Program-made: the position numbers and the translations under genes
In this document: piece after piece, positions 11,936 through 24,534 of the stretch
How positions within the stretch are numbered: the stretch's first letter is position 1
How the letters are laid out: each line of letters opens with the position of its first letter
DNA from: Marsupella aquatica
Taxonomy: Eukaryota > Plantae > Marchantiophyta
DNA: 64,000 nucleotides
Reading direction: 5' to 3'
Assembly: GCA_973895155.1 (NCBI GenBank)
Contig: OZ316892.1
Location: 30,138,932-30,202,931 of the forward strand
Notes under the pieces: model-generated
The model's database searches: none
What the model was told of the DNA's origin: nothing
What the model saw: only the letters and a program-made list of their open reading frames with translations

Positions 11936-14631
11936 TGAATTTGTACTTATTTCTTGAGGACTATGTTTCCCAATGATCTTTCCACTATGAATGTTCAGAA
12001 ATAGATAGCAGAACGGTACGTCGCTGGAGTTCTAGGATGCATTCCTACCTCCGTCCAAAGAAGTATTTTCTTGTCTCCCTTGCTCTGCTGTGGTCTTTGG
12101 TACAGGTAACTTGCAAAAAATATATGACTCCTTTTCAACTGAGAGTAACAGCTATCTGTCAAGAATGCAATGATCTTAGAATAGAATACTGAAATAATTG
12201 TGAAAGGCATATCTAGGTAGCTCACGTATCAATAAGCTCGTTCATACTCCATTATTTCACTGTAACCATAGAAAGGACAGAGTCAAGAGCCTATCGAATT
12301 GGCACTAAAAAACGTCAGGCAGCAGTCACATGTTATCCTTGGATTGTGTATAGTAGACTCTTAGGGCACCTTACCAGGCGTTCATTTGTAAGTTGCCTAC
12401 AGTGTCCTTTCTATGCTATACACAAACCACAGTCTCAGGTTTTGAAAAGAGGCTATAATTCAGAAATAATCCATTGCGATAGATGACATGACTGTGAGCG
12501 CTCCCCCTCCCCCTCCCTCTCGTACACTTCAGAAAAGTCTATCCAGCATTGGCTCTTATATTATCCACCGTAAACCCTAAACCCTCAACCCTAAATTGGC
12601 TCTTATAGAATCCGTCGAGAGACACATGTGACATGGATGTGACAGTCAGACTCACACCGCGGCCCCAACCCACCGCCCGCCCCCGCCCCACCCTCCTACG
12701 CTTCCTTGGAGATGAAAAAAGAATCAAACTTGAAGTTTAAGTCAAGTCTTCATCACACAGGAATATCACGCAATACAATGTCACACCGTGGTGCTGGAAC
12801 AAGAGTTTTGTTCTAAAGTAGGTAACGCATAACGTTGAAATCGCTCTTCAATGTCATTACCTGAAGGCCTTTTACAAGAACAACGGCTGATGCCAATACC
12901 AATCAAACCGGAAGATGAAGGATGAACTCTGCAAATCATCCGTCGTAGTTGAGAATGTGTTCAACGTCGTTTGGTCACATGATAATCCAACAAAATCTCA
13001 TGCATACAAAATTAATCATACCTGGCTGGGGAGCGTTGCCTAAAGTGGTCCATATCCAAAATTTCCATCGAGTCAGCTCCGTTCCTGTGCCGGGAATAGA
13101 GCTTGATGACATACTAGTGAGAACTATTCTCTTACCTGTTTGACAAACGTCCAAATCAGTCTAAGTAAGGCAATCTTGCAGCGCCCTCAAATTTCAAGTC
13201 TATCTTTCCACTAAGGAAAGAAAATTCATTAGGCGAACGCTCTGTTGGGGAAACCTTGCCCGGACAGAGGAATCTCACCTCAACGTAACAGTTGGAGGAA
13301 CCCCTAGAGGCATGGCAGTAGCAGTATCGTCTCCACTAAGAATTGCTGTACTCCTTTTAAGAATTATCCCAGCTTTGCCATCCAAACTTGAGAATCGAAA
13401 CTCCAAGTTTTGAGAAGAAATACTGTGAGAATTTCTACCTTTCCAATCCCAACGCAACCACCGTCATACCTGCACATTGCCCTCTGAAAAACTTTGGCGC
13501 AAGTGCTCTTGTTTATCGCCCTCCAAGAATGAACCCCTTTCCAACCGAATTGTCCTGCATACCAAACAAAAATTGACGACATCTCTTGAAAGAAGAACTT
13601 GTGAACAAGTGATATGCAGACCGTGTAATTAGCAAATTGGGCAGGCTCGACAATTCTTTCAGATTAACAAGTCGAAGCAAGTGGGAACAAAATTGATCCA
13701 GATTGGGCAATAAAAGAAGCGCATAAACGAAGATAACCTTTGAAGTTCGACATGTCTGAAAAAAAAAGAGGCAACTGCACATAATTGCGGGCAGCAGGAG
13801 ACGTCATCCGAGGATTGAGCAGCACTTGAACCAGGACGGGGAGACGAACATGTATCGCGGGTTGAAGAAGAGATCCTGTCCCGCTTCCTTGGGTACTAAG
13901 AGTTGAGAAATATTGTTGGCCAACAATTTAGGGTTGAAACGCAGAAGAACATCGAGTATAGCTAGGGCCTTAATAGGAATTCTCTGCCCAAAGGACATCG
14001 TGAGAGGCCGTGTAAAACGCGAACCTCACAGGGATCACTGGATTCGTCAGCATGCAGCTATACACAGGTCGGTACCAGCTCCCCGAGAAGCAACTTAAGC
14101 ACCATTAAATAATGAGCTAAGACGAGTAATTCGAGCAGATTGTGAATTCTACAAGCATTGTTAGCTTGCGACAGCCCGGGATATCCACCGGAGATCTCCT
14201 TGGATTCATGTAGAGATCTTGGTGGCGAGGAGGAAAAGGCACTGTTAAACCTGATCTGTTACTCGAATTTTCTCGCACAAACCTTCCTCTGTCACTCGGA
14301 CTTCAGCTGAACTGAGCCCAGCTAAGTGAGCCGAACTGCGCTATTCCAAGTCCGAACTGCGATTCGACTGGGAATTGTTTGCCTCCCGTCTTACAGCAGT
14401 TTCCTAAAACGGTTGTGCCGCTGATCCAATTGAGGTGAGTAAAAGAAGAGATCTGACTGCACGATGATGTCCTGAGGATTCTCAATGGGCACAACTATCT
14501 GCATCACTCCGAGAAAAACTGAACTCAATATCAAACAACGATGCCGTGGTCGTTTGAAAGAATACATCACTGTTCGCGACTCTTCATTTTGTCTCAAGAC
14601 CAGATTGATTGCACGAGGACGATAATCATTC
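11936..14631 (-). promoter_or_regulatory. Upstream region / probable multi-exon 5' leader of gene 2
   Basis: GT-AG bounded segments, e.g. 12861-12928 and 13022-13039, further donors near 13136 and 13279; homologous to the regions upstream of genes 1 and 3. Confidence 0.55.
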
Positions 14632-14634
14632 ATT

Positions 14635-17062
14635 CAATCAGGGTTTTCCAAGCTCTTGATTGGCGACTAGCACTCTTCCCCGGGTTGCGTTTCGGGCTGT
14701 CCTAACACGATAGAGGCACAAACTAGTCCTTGATGTTTGCGTTTCGGGCTGTCCTAACACGATAGAGGCACAAACTTGTCCTTGATGTTTTTGTGAGTTG
14801 TTTCAGGTTTGTGCGCATCTTGAGGGGGATGTTGCGGGGGTCATATTCCTCATATGGTCGCTCGGCTCTTGGGGCCTGTCTGCTGCTTCTGGCTATGGCC
14901 AAAAAGACAGGGGTGTCAGGCCGTTGGGGGAGGTCTTGGGAGGTCTTGTTTCCATTGGTTAGCCATTGTGTTTGTCTGTAGACTAGGATTCCATTTTCGT
15001 CACACTTTTTTCCACACCAGTTTGGTGTGGTCACCCAAGATGGTTGCGAGAGTGTGGTGCATGGTCTACGTGCCATCTTGGATATCCACCCCGATTGGGC
15101 GATTATTCAGGTGGATGTGGCTAACGCATTCAACTCTGTTTCTTGTCGGGTCATGTTTGAGGAGCTTCGGGCCACTGAAGGGGAAATTGTATCTCTCATC
15201 CCCTTCGCAAGGGCCTTTTATGGGGCCCCAACCTCCTTGGTTTACCCTGACCATCTTGGTTCTGGGTCCTACTTGACCATTTCATCCGAGTGTGGGACTA
15301 GGCAGGGTGATCCCCTTGGCGGGGCGTTGTTTGCTATGGAGCACCTTCGGGCTATCCGGGTCTCTTCGGCTGCTTTCCCAGGCTGCTTGTTTCCTTCTGT
15401 CGCGGACGATACTCACATTGTGGCCCCGGTCTCGCTTGTTGGGGAGGCCTATACCCACTTTGTGGACCAGCTTACCCTCATTTCTTTAAGTTCAGCCTAG
15501 GAAGTGTGGGGTTTGGTCTTGTCTCCCCCTCCCTGACTCCTTCACCCCCCCTCTTGGTATACCCATTCGGCTCAAAGGCATTAGAGTCCTTGGGGTGCCG
15601 TTTTGGGGGGTTGTCTTTGAGCAGGATTATCTTCAGGTTGCTCTGTCCCAAGATGTTTTGCATATTGACCAGTTGGCTGCCTTGGGAGACCAGATTGCCT
15701 TCTTCATCGTGGTCCTGTGTTTTATTCGGCGTCCTTAATTCCTATCGTCTCCGAACAGTCCCTCCTACCATGATGTTCTTGTCCTTGCTCTCTTCATTTG
15801 ACACCACTGTGATGAGAGTTTTTGGTCATCTCATTGGTTTGGGAGCCCCTGATGGAGAGGATGGTTCCTCTCTGACTCGGTCATGGGAGTGGAGAACATA
15901 GCTCTCCCGTTTCAGGTCTAGCTCCGTCATGCACGATCATTATTGTCGGTGGACGTGCAAAGCGTGGTCCCTGCATTTGAGGGGGGTTGTTTTGGACAAC
16001 CCGGATCGAGTCCAATAGGTGATCTCTGATCACATGCACCGGCATACCCTTTCTAACATGCTTTTTGAGGCACCCTCGGATTCGGTTCAGGCATGTCTCT
16101 TATCCGGTTTGGGCGCTGGTTCGGGGGCTTGACTATCGACTAGTCCTCTTTGGGCCCCCTTTCATATGAGTTCTTTTATCTTTACCACGTCCACATGCCT
16201 TTGGTTGGGTCTCCCTCACCCTTGCTTGTTGGGTCAGCCCACATGCGTCTGTGGTGCGCCCGTTGATGGAGAGGCATTCATATTCTCAGGTGTGGGCATG
16301 GTAGTGAGAGGACTGCAACACACAATGACATTCGGGATGTGGAGGCGGCCATTGCTCATGACTTGGGGTACCATGTTGTGATGGAGCAGAGACATGTGTT
16401 ACCTCCACGGGATGGGGTTTTTGATTGTCGTCGGGCAGATTTGGTCTTCTCTTGGGCTGGAGTTCGTGCCCTTGGGGATGTTGTTGTTGCTGATCCGACT
16501 AGTGGGGCCAATGTGGCTTCTGCCGTCCATGTACCAGGCCACACCGCTGTGAGGGCAGCTCGACTTAAGGAGGGTGCCTATGTTGTGCGGTACCCTTTAA
16601 GTGGGGACTTCTTCTATTCATTTGCCGTGGAGATATTTGGGGCACTACACCCATCATTTGACCATTTTTCTTTGTTCTTGCATAGTTCAGTACATTGAGC
16701 GGAGGCCTTATCCCCCGGTGTATGTCATCACAACATTATTTAGACAGAGGGTGTCTGTTGCACTTCAGCAAGCACAGACATTCACTATTCTTTGTAGGGG
16801 TGAGGCTGTTGGTCTTAGGGCCTCTAGTAGGATTCCGTTGCTTGACCCTCCTATGCAGTTCACACCGGAGCTATACTAGGCTCTTCAGTTTGCTGATCGG
16901 TAGGCTTTGGGGTCTTGGTTTTTTGGTTTAAGGTAGTTCTTTGTTTCTTTGCTTTCCTGGCCTTTCTTGGCCTCTTGGTTGACCCCCCTTGATTGGGTCT
17001 TTTGCCTGAGGGATCATGTCTCCCAGTTGGGCGCCCTTTGTTTTTTTGGCAGTTTGAAATAT
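14635..17062 (+). mobile_element. CRE-clade-like non-LTR retrotransposon (RT, zinc knuckle, restriction-like endonuclease), decayed
   Basis: RT motifs QVDVANAFNSV, GTRQGDPLGGALF, SVADDTHI; C-x-C...H..RC...H zinc region near 16243-16330; RLE-like RRADL...DVVV...K...Y...FAVEIFG; frameshifts and stops. Whether the first ~300 bp belong to the element is uncertain. Confidence 0.8.
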
Positions 17063-17228
17063 ATGTTTGTTGCACCCATAACCTGGGCCTTAAATCCGGG
17101 TTAGCATATTTGGCGTGGCTCGGCCACCAGTAGGGGTGAGGTTTTGGGCAAGGAGGGGTGTAGTGGTCCTATTTAGTCTAAGACAAACTATATTTATATA
17201 TTGGTATATAGTAATACACAATTGCAGA

Positions 17229-18010
17229 CATCATAGGTATATTTGGTTTCGACCGCTGGAACACACCCACAGTTAATGACTCGGACTAACTCCCGGCTTG
17301 GGGACTTTCAAGCCATTGCCAACGACCAGACTTGCAAAGTATTTAGCATGCACCTCCTTACAATCCCAACCATTAGTTTGCACCCGGTATGTCCCTTGAA
17401 ATGGCGCTTTTGTCAAGGACAAGTCATGCACAATACACAAACCACTCGCAAAGATCAAAGGGAAAGGTCAAGTTTTACTCCGATAAGAAGTAGCATGTAC
17501 ATAGTTGACTTGACTTCAAAGTGATTAGCAGGCCTAACGAAAGTCAATGCCCAGTCTCTACAAGACCCTGTCTCGCACCTGTCCAACAAGCTTGACTCTG
17601 GCTCTCACTCTTTAGTGCTCTCTAATCCTACTCAGGCCAGGACTTCCCGTGTACCATGCAAGCTCACTCCATCAAAATAAACCACGAGCCTCTCCCCTCC
17701 TTGAGCGGAAGGAGGACCCTAAATACTACTTGCCCAGGGCCAAGAGAGATGCTACCTTCCCCGGAAAACCCTTGACTAACTACCTATTGACGTGATTGAC
17801 CGACAGCCTACTGACCCATTGATTGTTAGCGGCCAGGGCGATTGACTGTGGCGCTAACACCTAAATCCTAGTACTGTCATTCATTCTAGTCCGTTGATTT
17901 TGCCCATCCTACGCTTGATGATCCTAACTAACTTTGTCCTAATCCTGCCTACTGTGCTGCTAATCGGCGCCTAATGATAGCTATTCTATCGCTATTCTGT
18001 CAGTACTATC
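17229..18010 (-). mobile_element. Putative LTR of a Gypsy (Tat-like) element
   Basis: Left end (ca)TCATAGGTAT is homologous to TGTCATAGGTAT at 24535; right end ..actatCA is followed by a reverse-complement PPT-like tract. Confidence 0.55.
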
Positions 18011-21000
18011 AAAAAGATGCCTCAGTCTGTCCCTCGACTATATTGCGGTTGCCTGATCGCCCTCTTTGCTAACCACCCCTTGCGTGTGTCACGCCGCTGG
18101 TCCAAAGTTGGTCCCCTTGTTGGTTTGGGTCCTTGAGCCACCTTGGTCAGAGGTGATTCCCGCCCCACTCCGCTGGCCCACCAACAGCATAGTCCACTCT
18201 TGCAAGGCCTTTTTGTCCCATGTTGCTTCCTCGGCCTCGTTAGAGACTTCGTCTACCTTTGCTTGGAGTCGGGCCACTTTTGCGATAAGAAGGCCGATCA
18301 TTTTAAGGTTGGTCTGATTCTGCGCCACACACTTATCCCTTTTGGCGATGACGGAGTTTGCCTGCTGAGCGGCCTGCAAAAACTGGTTATTTAGATCAGT
18401 CAGGCTTTTAACCCGAGCCACGGAGTCCTCCCCAAATTGCATTACAATTGCCTCAAGCTTCTTAAGGTCTTCCTTGACCTCAAGTAGCTCTTGGTTTAGT
18501 CCATCCCATTGGTCTGAGACTCAGACTAACTCTTTGCGGTGAGTGGCTGCCGCCGTCTCCAATTGCTCCACAGTCATCTAAAGGTTGCCAATTACATTCC
18601 CCTTGGCCATAAGCTCATCCTCCAAGCCGATTATAAGCCGCGAGTGATGGTTTACCATAAAGAAGGCCGGTTGGAAGTAGTTAGCAACGTGTTGCCCAAT
18701 ATACGTGGCCAGGTCTCCTGTTAGGTCCTAACTAAACTTTTGGACCAGGTCGTGAGCTAAGGTACCAGGGACCACCCGATACTCCTCCACGATTGTGGTG
18801 CGTCCCATGGCTCCCTGAACCCAAGAAACCCCCCTGCACAAGCCGATTCCCGTAGGTTTTGCTCTTGGCGAGGCCGGTTTCGCGGCTTAGCGGCATGGGA
18901 CGCTGCTAACTTCCTTCGACTAACATTTTACACACATATATTGGACAGGTCCTTCATCGGGTCATGAGATACGTAGCTGGCCTCTTCTATGCCTTCCCTT
19001 GTCCTCCTCTCCTGGTCTTCCTTTAGTTATGTTTGGATTCCGCCGCTGGAATGATCCCCAATTGGCTTGGGTAAGCCGCTAAGACCTCTCTCAGCTCGAC
19101 ACATCCAACTCTTATTACCTTGCTTACTCCCTTCTTGGTTGATGTGGGCAATCTTCAAACAAGTTAATGCGACACACAAATAGCAAAATGACTCCTTCTG
19201 ACTGAGTTATACCATGCACTTGCCATACAAACAGTACTTCTCATACACAAGATCTGCGAACTAAGCCGTGAGGCCAACTCTATTCATCTCTTAGGTATGA
19301 GGAAACATGAATATACACAAGGGTCATAGCATAACTAACCGAGAGCTTCTTTAACTACTTGATCCCAGCCCTGCTGGTGCACAAAAAACTTGCTAAGGAA
19401 GAAGGCCCTGAACCCCCCCACTGCCCAGGTACTTATCCTGGCAGTGGATCCGCCCAATTCCTTGCAGCGTAAGCCTAATCTAACCTGACCGTAATCTACC
19501 TATGTACAGCGAGGCAGGAGCACAAGTGTTGCTCTTACCAGTGGATCCGCAATCCCACTAAGCTAAGTGTCAGGGCCGCCTCCCGGTCTGATCCTAATTC
19601 TAAACTTGGAGATCTGAGCCCGCCCTGCCCACTCACGCCTCCTCCCTCCACGTCCGCCCTCCTTAAAAGGAGCGGCCCTCCACCACCGTCATGGTAGTGG
19701 TGGCTGATCCTCAATGGACGCCCCAAACATTTCCTCCGCAGCCACTACCGTAGGTCCGTCCTCTGACAGATAACCTGCTTCGGACCGAGTCAACTCTCCA
19801 TCGGCTTGACTGGGTGCCGGGTTTACCTCCTTGGTCACAACGGCTTGAGAAACCGTGTTACTCCCCTGACCCAATTTTTTTTCGCTTTTTCTTCTTCCTT
19901 GTTTCGGCAGCTGGTCCCTTCCCCTTGCCACTTACCTCCGGCACCGGTGCATGTGTCTCGGCTTGTCCTTTGGCCAGTACTACTCCTGGAAACTTGGTTG
20001 CCCCTATTGGAGTTGGACTTGAGGAAGCCAAGCACTTAAATAGTGCGGCCTGTTTCTTCAGCCGCTCCGTTTGGTTGTTGGCTTGCCGCTGTAAGTTCTC
20101 CATATTCCGTGTGCTTTCCTCCAACTCATCCTACAATTTGTCCAGGTCCTTGCACGCCTCCTCCAGCTCCTTTTGGGCTTCCTCCAACTCTCTCTGGGCT
20201 TCCCCTACCTCCTTTTTTAAGGTAGCCCTCTCTTCCTGGGTTGCTCTTAGCTCCTTGTCCAGCTCCATTACAACCTCAGACTCCATTTTATTCATCTTGG
20301 CATAAGTTTGGTCGTCTTTCTCACGGAGGTCGGCCTTGAAGCTGGCCGTCAGGGATGCAAGTTCCTGTCGTAGCACAATAATTGCCTGATAGGATTTTCC
20401 TAACTCGGCCTCCTTCTACTCAAGGGCTCTACGGATATCCTCGAGCTCCCCCTTCAACGCCCTCTCCCTTCTCTGGGTCTCCGCCATGGCCCGGTTGTTG
20501 GCTGCTATGTGGGCCTCCTCTGCGTCTCTCAGCTCTCGCTTCCACTTTTCCTTCTCCTTGATCGCATCGGTCAGCTCTCCTTGGGTCCGAGTCAGTTTGT
20601 CCTTGATAATCTGATTATCAGACTGCGCGGTATCCAATTGCCCCTGCATGATGTTTAGCTCATGCCGCTTAATCCGCAGCTCATCTTCAGTGGGCTTTCT
20701 TGGCCGCCTTCAGGTCTTCTACCTCGGCTTCCCTTGCCCTAAGCTGACAGATGACCTCGTCCTTCTTGCTTCTCTCCAAAGCCACCGCTTCTTCTAATCG
20801 GTGCTTCTCCAACATCTCTCGCTGGAAAAAGGGTCCCTGCTCCAACTCCTCCCCAAAGATGTTGAGCGCAAGTTCTCCACACATCTCCCCATACTCCATG
20901 GCTCTTTCTTTAGCATAGGCGGAGTGAGTAGAAGTCATCGGCATCAACCATTGCGGCCTTTGTTCCCAAGCCGCCTTGCGGATTTCTTCTATCGTGGCTG

Positions 21001-22403
21001 GATGGCTACTTTGTTTTTTTGCAAGCCGCCTGGTGTGCTCTGGCCATTCTCCCCCTAGTAAATCTTTCTCCCTAGCCAGGGTTGCCTTCTCTTCCTCCCT
21101 GAGTCGCTCCTGAAACTCTTGTGCCATCTATTTTATGCCGTCAAAGCTCGGGGGAGCGACATCTGGTGGGGGAGACTCGGGGCTGCTCTACTGGGTGGGG
21201 TCCCCTAGAACTACTCTTGGAAGAATGGGGATGAACCTGCCACAGGTCCTTACTCCTGGAACATGATGGTCCGACCCGTAGCCGAAGTCATCATTGTCGT
21301 AGCCTTCTACCGCCTCCTCCGCGGCTTGGACTACCGGCTCCCTCCGCTGCTCTCTTGGTTTTGCCGTGAACACGGCCTCACAGATCACGGGTCGTGGTTC
21401 CTCCTCCGGCTTCCAGGTTGATCTCTTCTTCTCCCTGTCGCAACTAGGAGCTTTGGGCTGCTTTTCCTCGGCTTCGGGATTTGAGGCTCCTACATACATT
21501 CGGACTCCCGGCTCGTGTTCCGGCCTCCTTCTCTCCTTGGCCCTGGTAAAGGGGTTTTCCCTGGTAAGTCGGCTTAGGCCGACTTCGGGAGCAGTATTCT
21601 GTACCGGTCCCGTTACCGTTGCCGTTCTCCTTCCTTCTCTAGCAATTTCAGCAGATTCTGCATGCCTGGTTGCTGCATCGGCAAGTCTTCCTTCCTCGGC
21701 CTAAACACCTGCTCGATTGTAGGACTGTCGGGCTGGGTTGCTTTCTTTGTTGCCGGCCTCTGTTCTGGAACCTCCTCTGGTGCTCTTGCCTGTAGGGGAA
21801 GTACTAGGGCAAATATCTCACTTCGGGCATACCGGCACAACAGCGGTATATGATAGCCAAGCCGGGACACGCTTCCCTTGCCAATCACCTACTATTCCTC
21901 CTTCAAGATTTTCTTTAATTGGGTGAGGAGGTATCCATTGTAGTCTCGGCTGGGGTCTGGCCTCTCCGCCAGGTAAACCTGTGCCTTGCCGATCTCTGGC
22001 CTTGGCAAGGTGCAATGCATGGTTACCCGCAAGAATTGATCATCTCCCCAATGTGTGGGTTGGTGTAGGTGTTTTGAAAGAAGCCATTCTTTGTTGATGA
22101 CCCTGGGAACGACCGGAACTCCTTGTCAGGCAAGGTCTTCTTGGTATCAACTTTGGTCTTATTGCCCATCGGCAAGCCAAACGCTTCGGCAAATACTCGG
22201 GGAGTGAGATAGAAATCCTTCCCATACACCCTTGTGGAATTGGACTCGGGCTCCCAGGATCCCACAAATTCTAATAAGTCTGAATCTGGCACCTCCGGCT
22301 TCAACCATGGTAACTTCACAAAGGCTTCCAAGCCGGATCCGGCCATGAAGCCTTGGTACTTTCGAGTCTGCGCTACGGCTAACTTTGCAACAGGACTTAG
22401 CAA
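18011..22403 (-). mobile_element. LTR-element internal region with broken accessory ORF (PMD-like N-terminus plus long coiled coil)
   Basis: Consecutive minus-strand fragments 22023-22403 (GLEAFVKLPW..LLEFVGSWEP..FYLTPRVFAEAFGLP) and 19858-21499 (E/K/R-rich coiled coil), split by stops; no gag or pol seen. Confidence 0.6.
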
Positions 22404-22539
22404 CAGAACGGGGACTTCATGCCTTGATAGGAATCAAGCACAGAGTTCAGGCGCTCACTCCTGTCTTTTCACCACCCCTATTCACTTGCTCTTTCCCTTC
22501 GAAAGCAACCTTCACAACACGCAAATCATTATCATAGCT

Positions 22540-23230
22540 ATGGCGAACTTGGGTGTTGAGGAACAATATCAAATTGAAGCTCTAGCAATCCCAAATGTAG
22601 TGGCAGCTCGTATACCACGAGTGCCTGATAGTCTTTCTAGTTTACAAGACTCTTTACAACACTTAGGATTGGGTTGTCTACTCGAGATTCCCTGGAATGT
22701 CGAGTTTGACTCATACTTGCAGGATTTTGTGAAGGGGACTATCATTTCGATTGAATTCAGGCGAACGATTTGAGCTCGCCCCAGCCTGTGGACTGTTGAG
22801 AAAATTGCTTACGCCTTTGGATGCCCGTCAGAAGGAGAGGCGTTATATTCCAAGAAGCAGGACTTATCTACTCCATACTTCTCAGGAACTCAAAATCCCA
22901 AGAATGGTTGGAACTTGTCCTAGTGTACTTATCCTAGATTGAGAGTGCTCATGGAATTTTTGGTACCCATTCTTCATCCAAAAAAGCCAACTCTCTGTCC
23001 TGTGGCCTTGGCTAACACTATTGTAGCTGCTCACAGTGGAGCTATAAAAGTAAATTGGGCCCTACTTCTGCTTAATGTAACGAAGGATCAAGTAAGGAGC
23101 TTGGAAGCAGGGAGGACCACTTGCTTACAGAATTATCTCTCTTAGCTCCATTTTGCCCATGACTGTTTACATCTTGAGGAAAGGACAGAGAGGGGATTAC
23201 TCCTGATTGACCTGGGTATCGAAGAAGAAA
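22540..23230 (+). pseudogene. Retroelement accessory-ORF family member, decayed
   Basis: GLGCLLEIPW..ARPSLWT..PKNGW..LRVLMEFLVPILHPKKP..VNWA; clear homology to 29923-30666; in-frame stops. Confidence 0.6.
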
Positions 23231-24534
23231 TTCCCATGGAAGACATTGTACATGTCACCCCACTGGATTCAAATGATCAGAACATTGAGGAGAATGCTGA
23301 TGTTCCCATGGAGGATACTTCATTAGAAGTCCCTACGTGTACATTCTTCTATGCATAGCAGGGAAGTCGTTTACCATCCAATGAGTGATGAGCATTCTCC
23401 CAGTCGGACCATAGGTGCAAATCCACTAGAAGTTGAAGGAGTAAGGAGTAAGGAGCATTCATCAACAAGACGATGTTGCTACACCAACTGATGCTACTCC
23501 TCATGTGACCACCAGGTCCACTCCTTCGAAAGCAGAGTCGAATCAACAGCTTATTGATAAGTTGACATCTCTCCTCAGTTGCAGTGATGATGGACTATAT
23601 GATGCTGTTAGTAATTTGAGAATGGAGGCTGTTAGTTTGAGATCACCATTTCATGATCAGCTAAGTCCTGTAAGAATGACCTCTCCCCCAAGAGAACCAG
23701 CACCAATGGAGTTTGTGATCTGTACTATTGCCCCTGTACAGCCCCCTTCCCTAGAAACAAGTGAACCTGTTTCAGTAGCAGGTAGTACCAACTGTGTAGC
23801 CATTGTGGATGACTTGCTAGAAATGCTTCAGTGTGAACCTCGACAGATAGCATCCATGGTCAGCAACTTGATCCAACAATGTCCAACTGCTAGTCCCACT
23901 CTTAGCCCAGGTTCACGACCTTACAGTCCTGATTCCAACTACGAACCCACAGAAGGACCCAACTACAATCGGTCATAGTATGAGCACCCTTACGTTAGAG
24001 AGGATCTGCCTGAAGATTCTGATCCACCCTCCGATTTTGATTCCATCCGATCTTATGACAACTCCTTAGAGTTGTCACCTAGGCAAGGGTTTGAAGATGT
24101 CGATACTGCCTTAAGATCCAATCCAAACTTAGTAGCAGTTGTCACCTCATCTACTTAAACACCCCGGAATGCCACCATCAAGAGTAGATACCCGAGACAT
24201 CCAGAGTCCCAAGTGCACAGGTATGTAGAGACCTTGTCACGCGATTGACATGGGTCTTAACACCAAAAACGTCACTATGGGTGCCAAAACCATCTCCTTG
24301 TACCTGAGGATCACGAAGGGATGTTGTGAAGGCTGGTAAACACCAATTTATGCCCTTAACACCAGACTATCATAGCCAGACTCTATCACACATCACCCAA
24401 GCTCAATCCGAAGGAACCAAGGTTGGGGATCAGATCTGCGCTCATGATAGTTCTGGTGAGAAGGGGTCTTCATATCGGGCCCGTACACACAGGGCCTAGT
24501 GCTACGGTGCGCATAGGTCTATACGTATGCTTAC

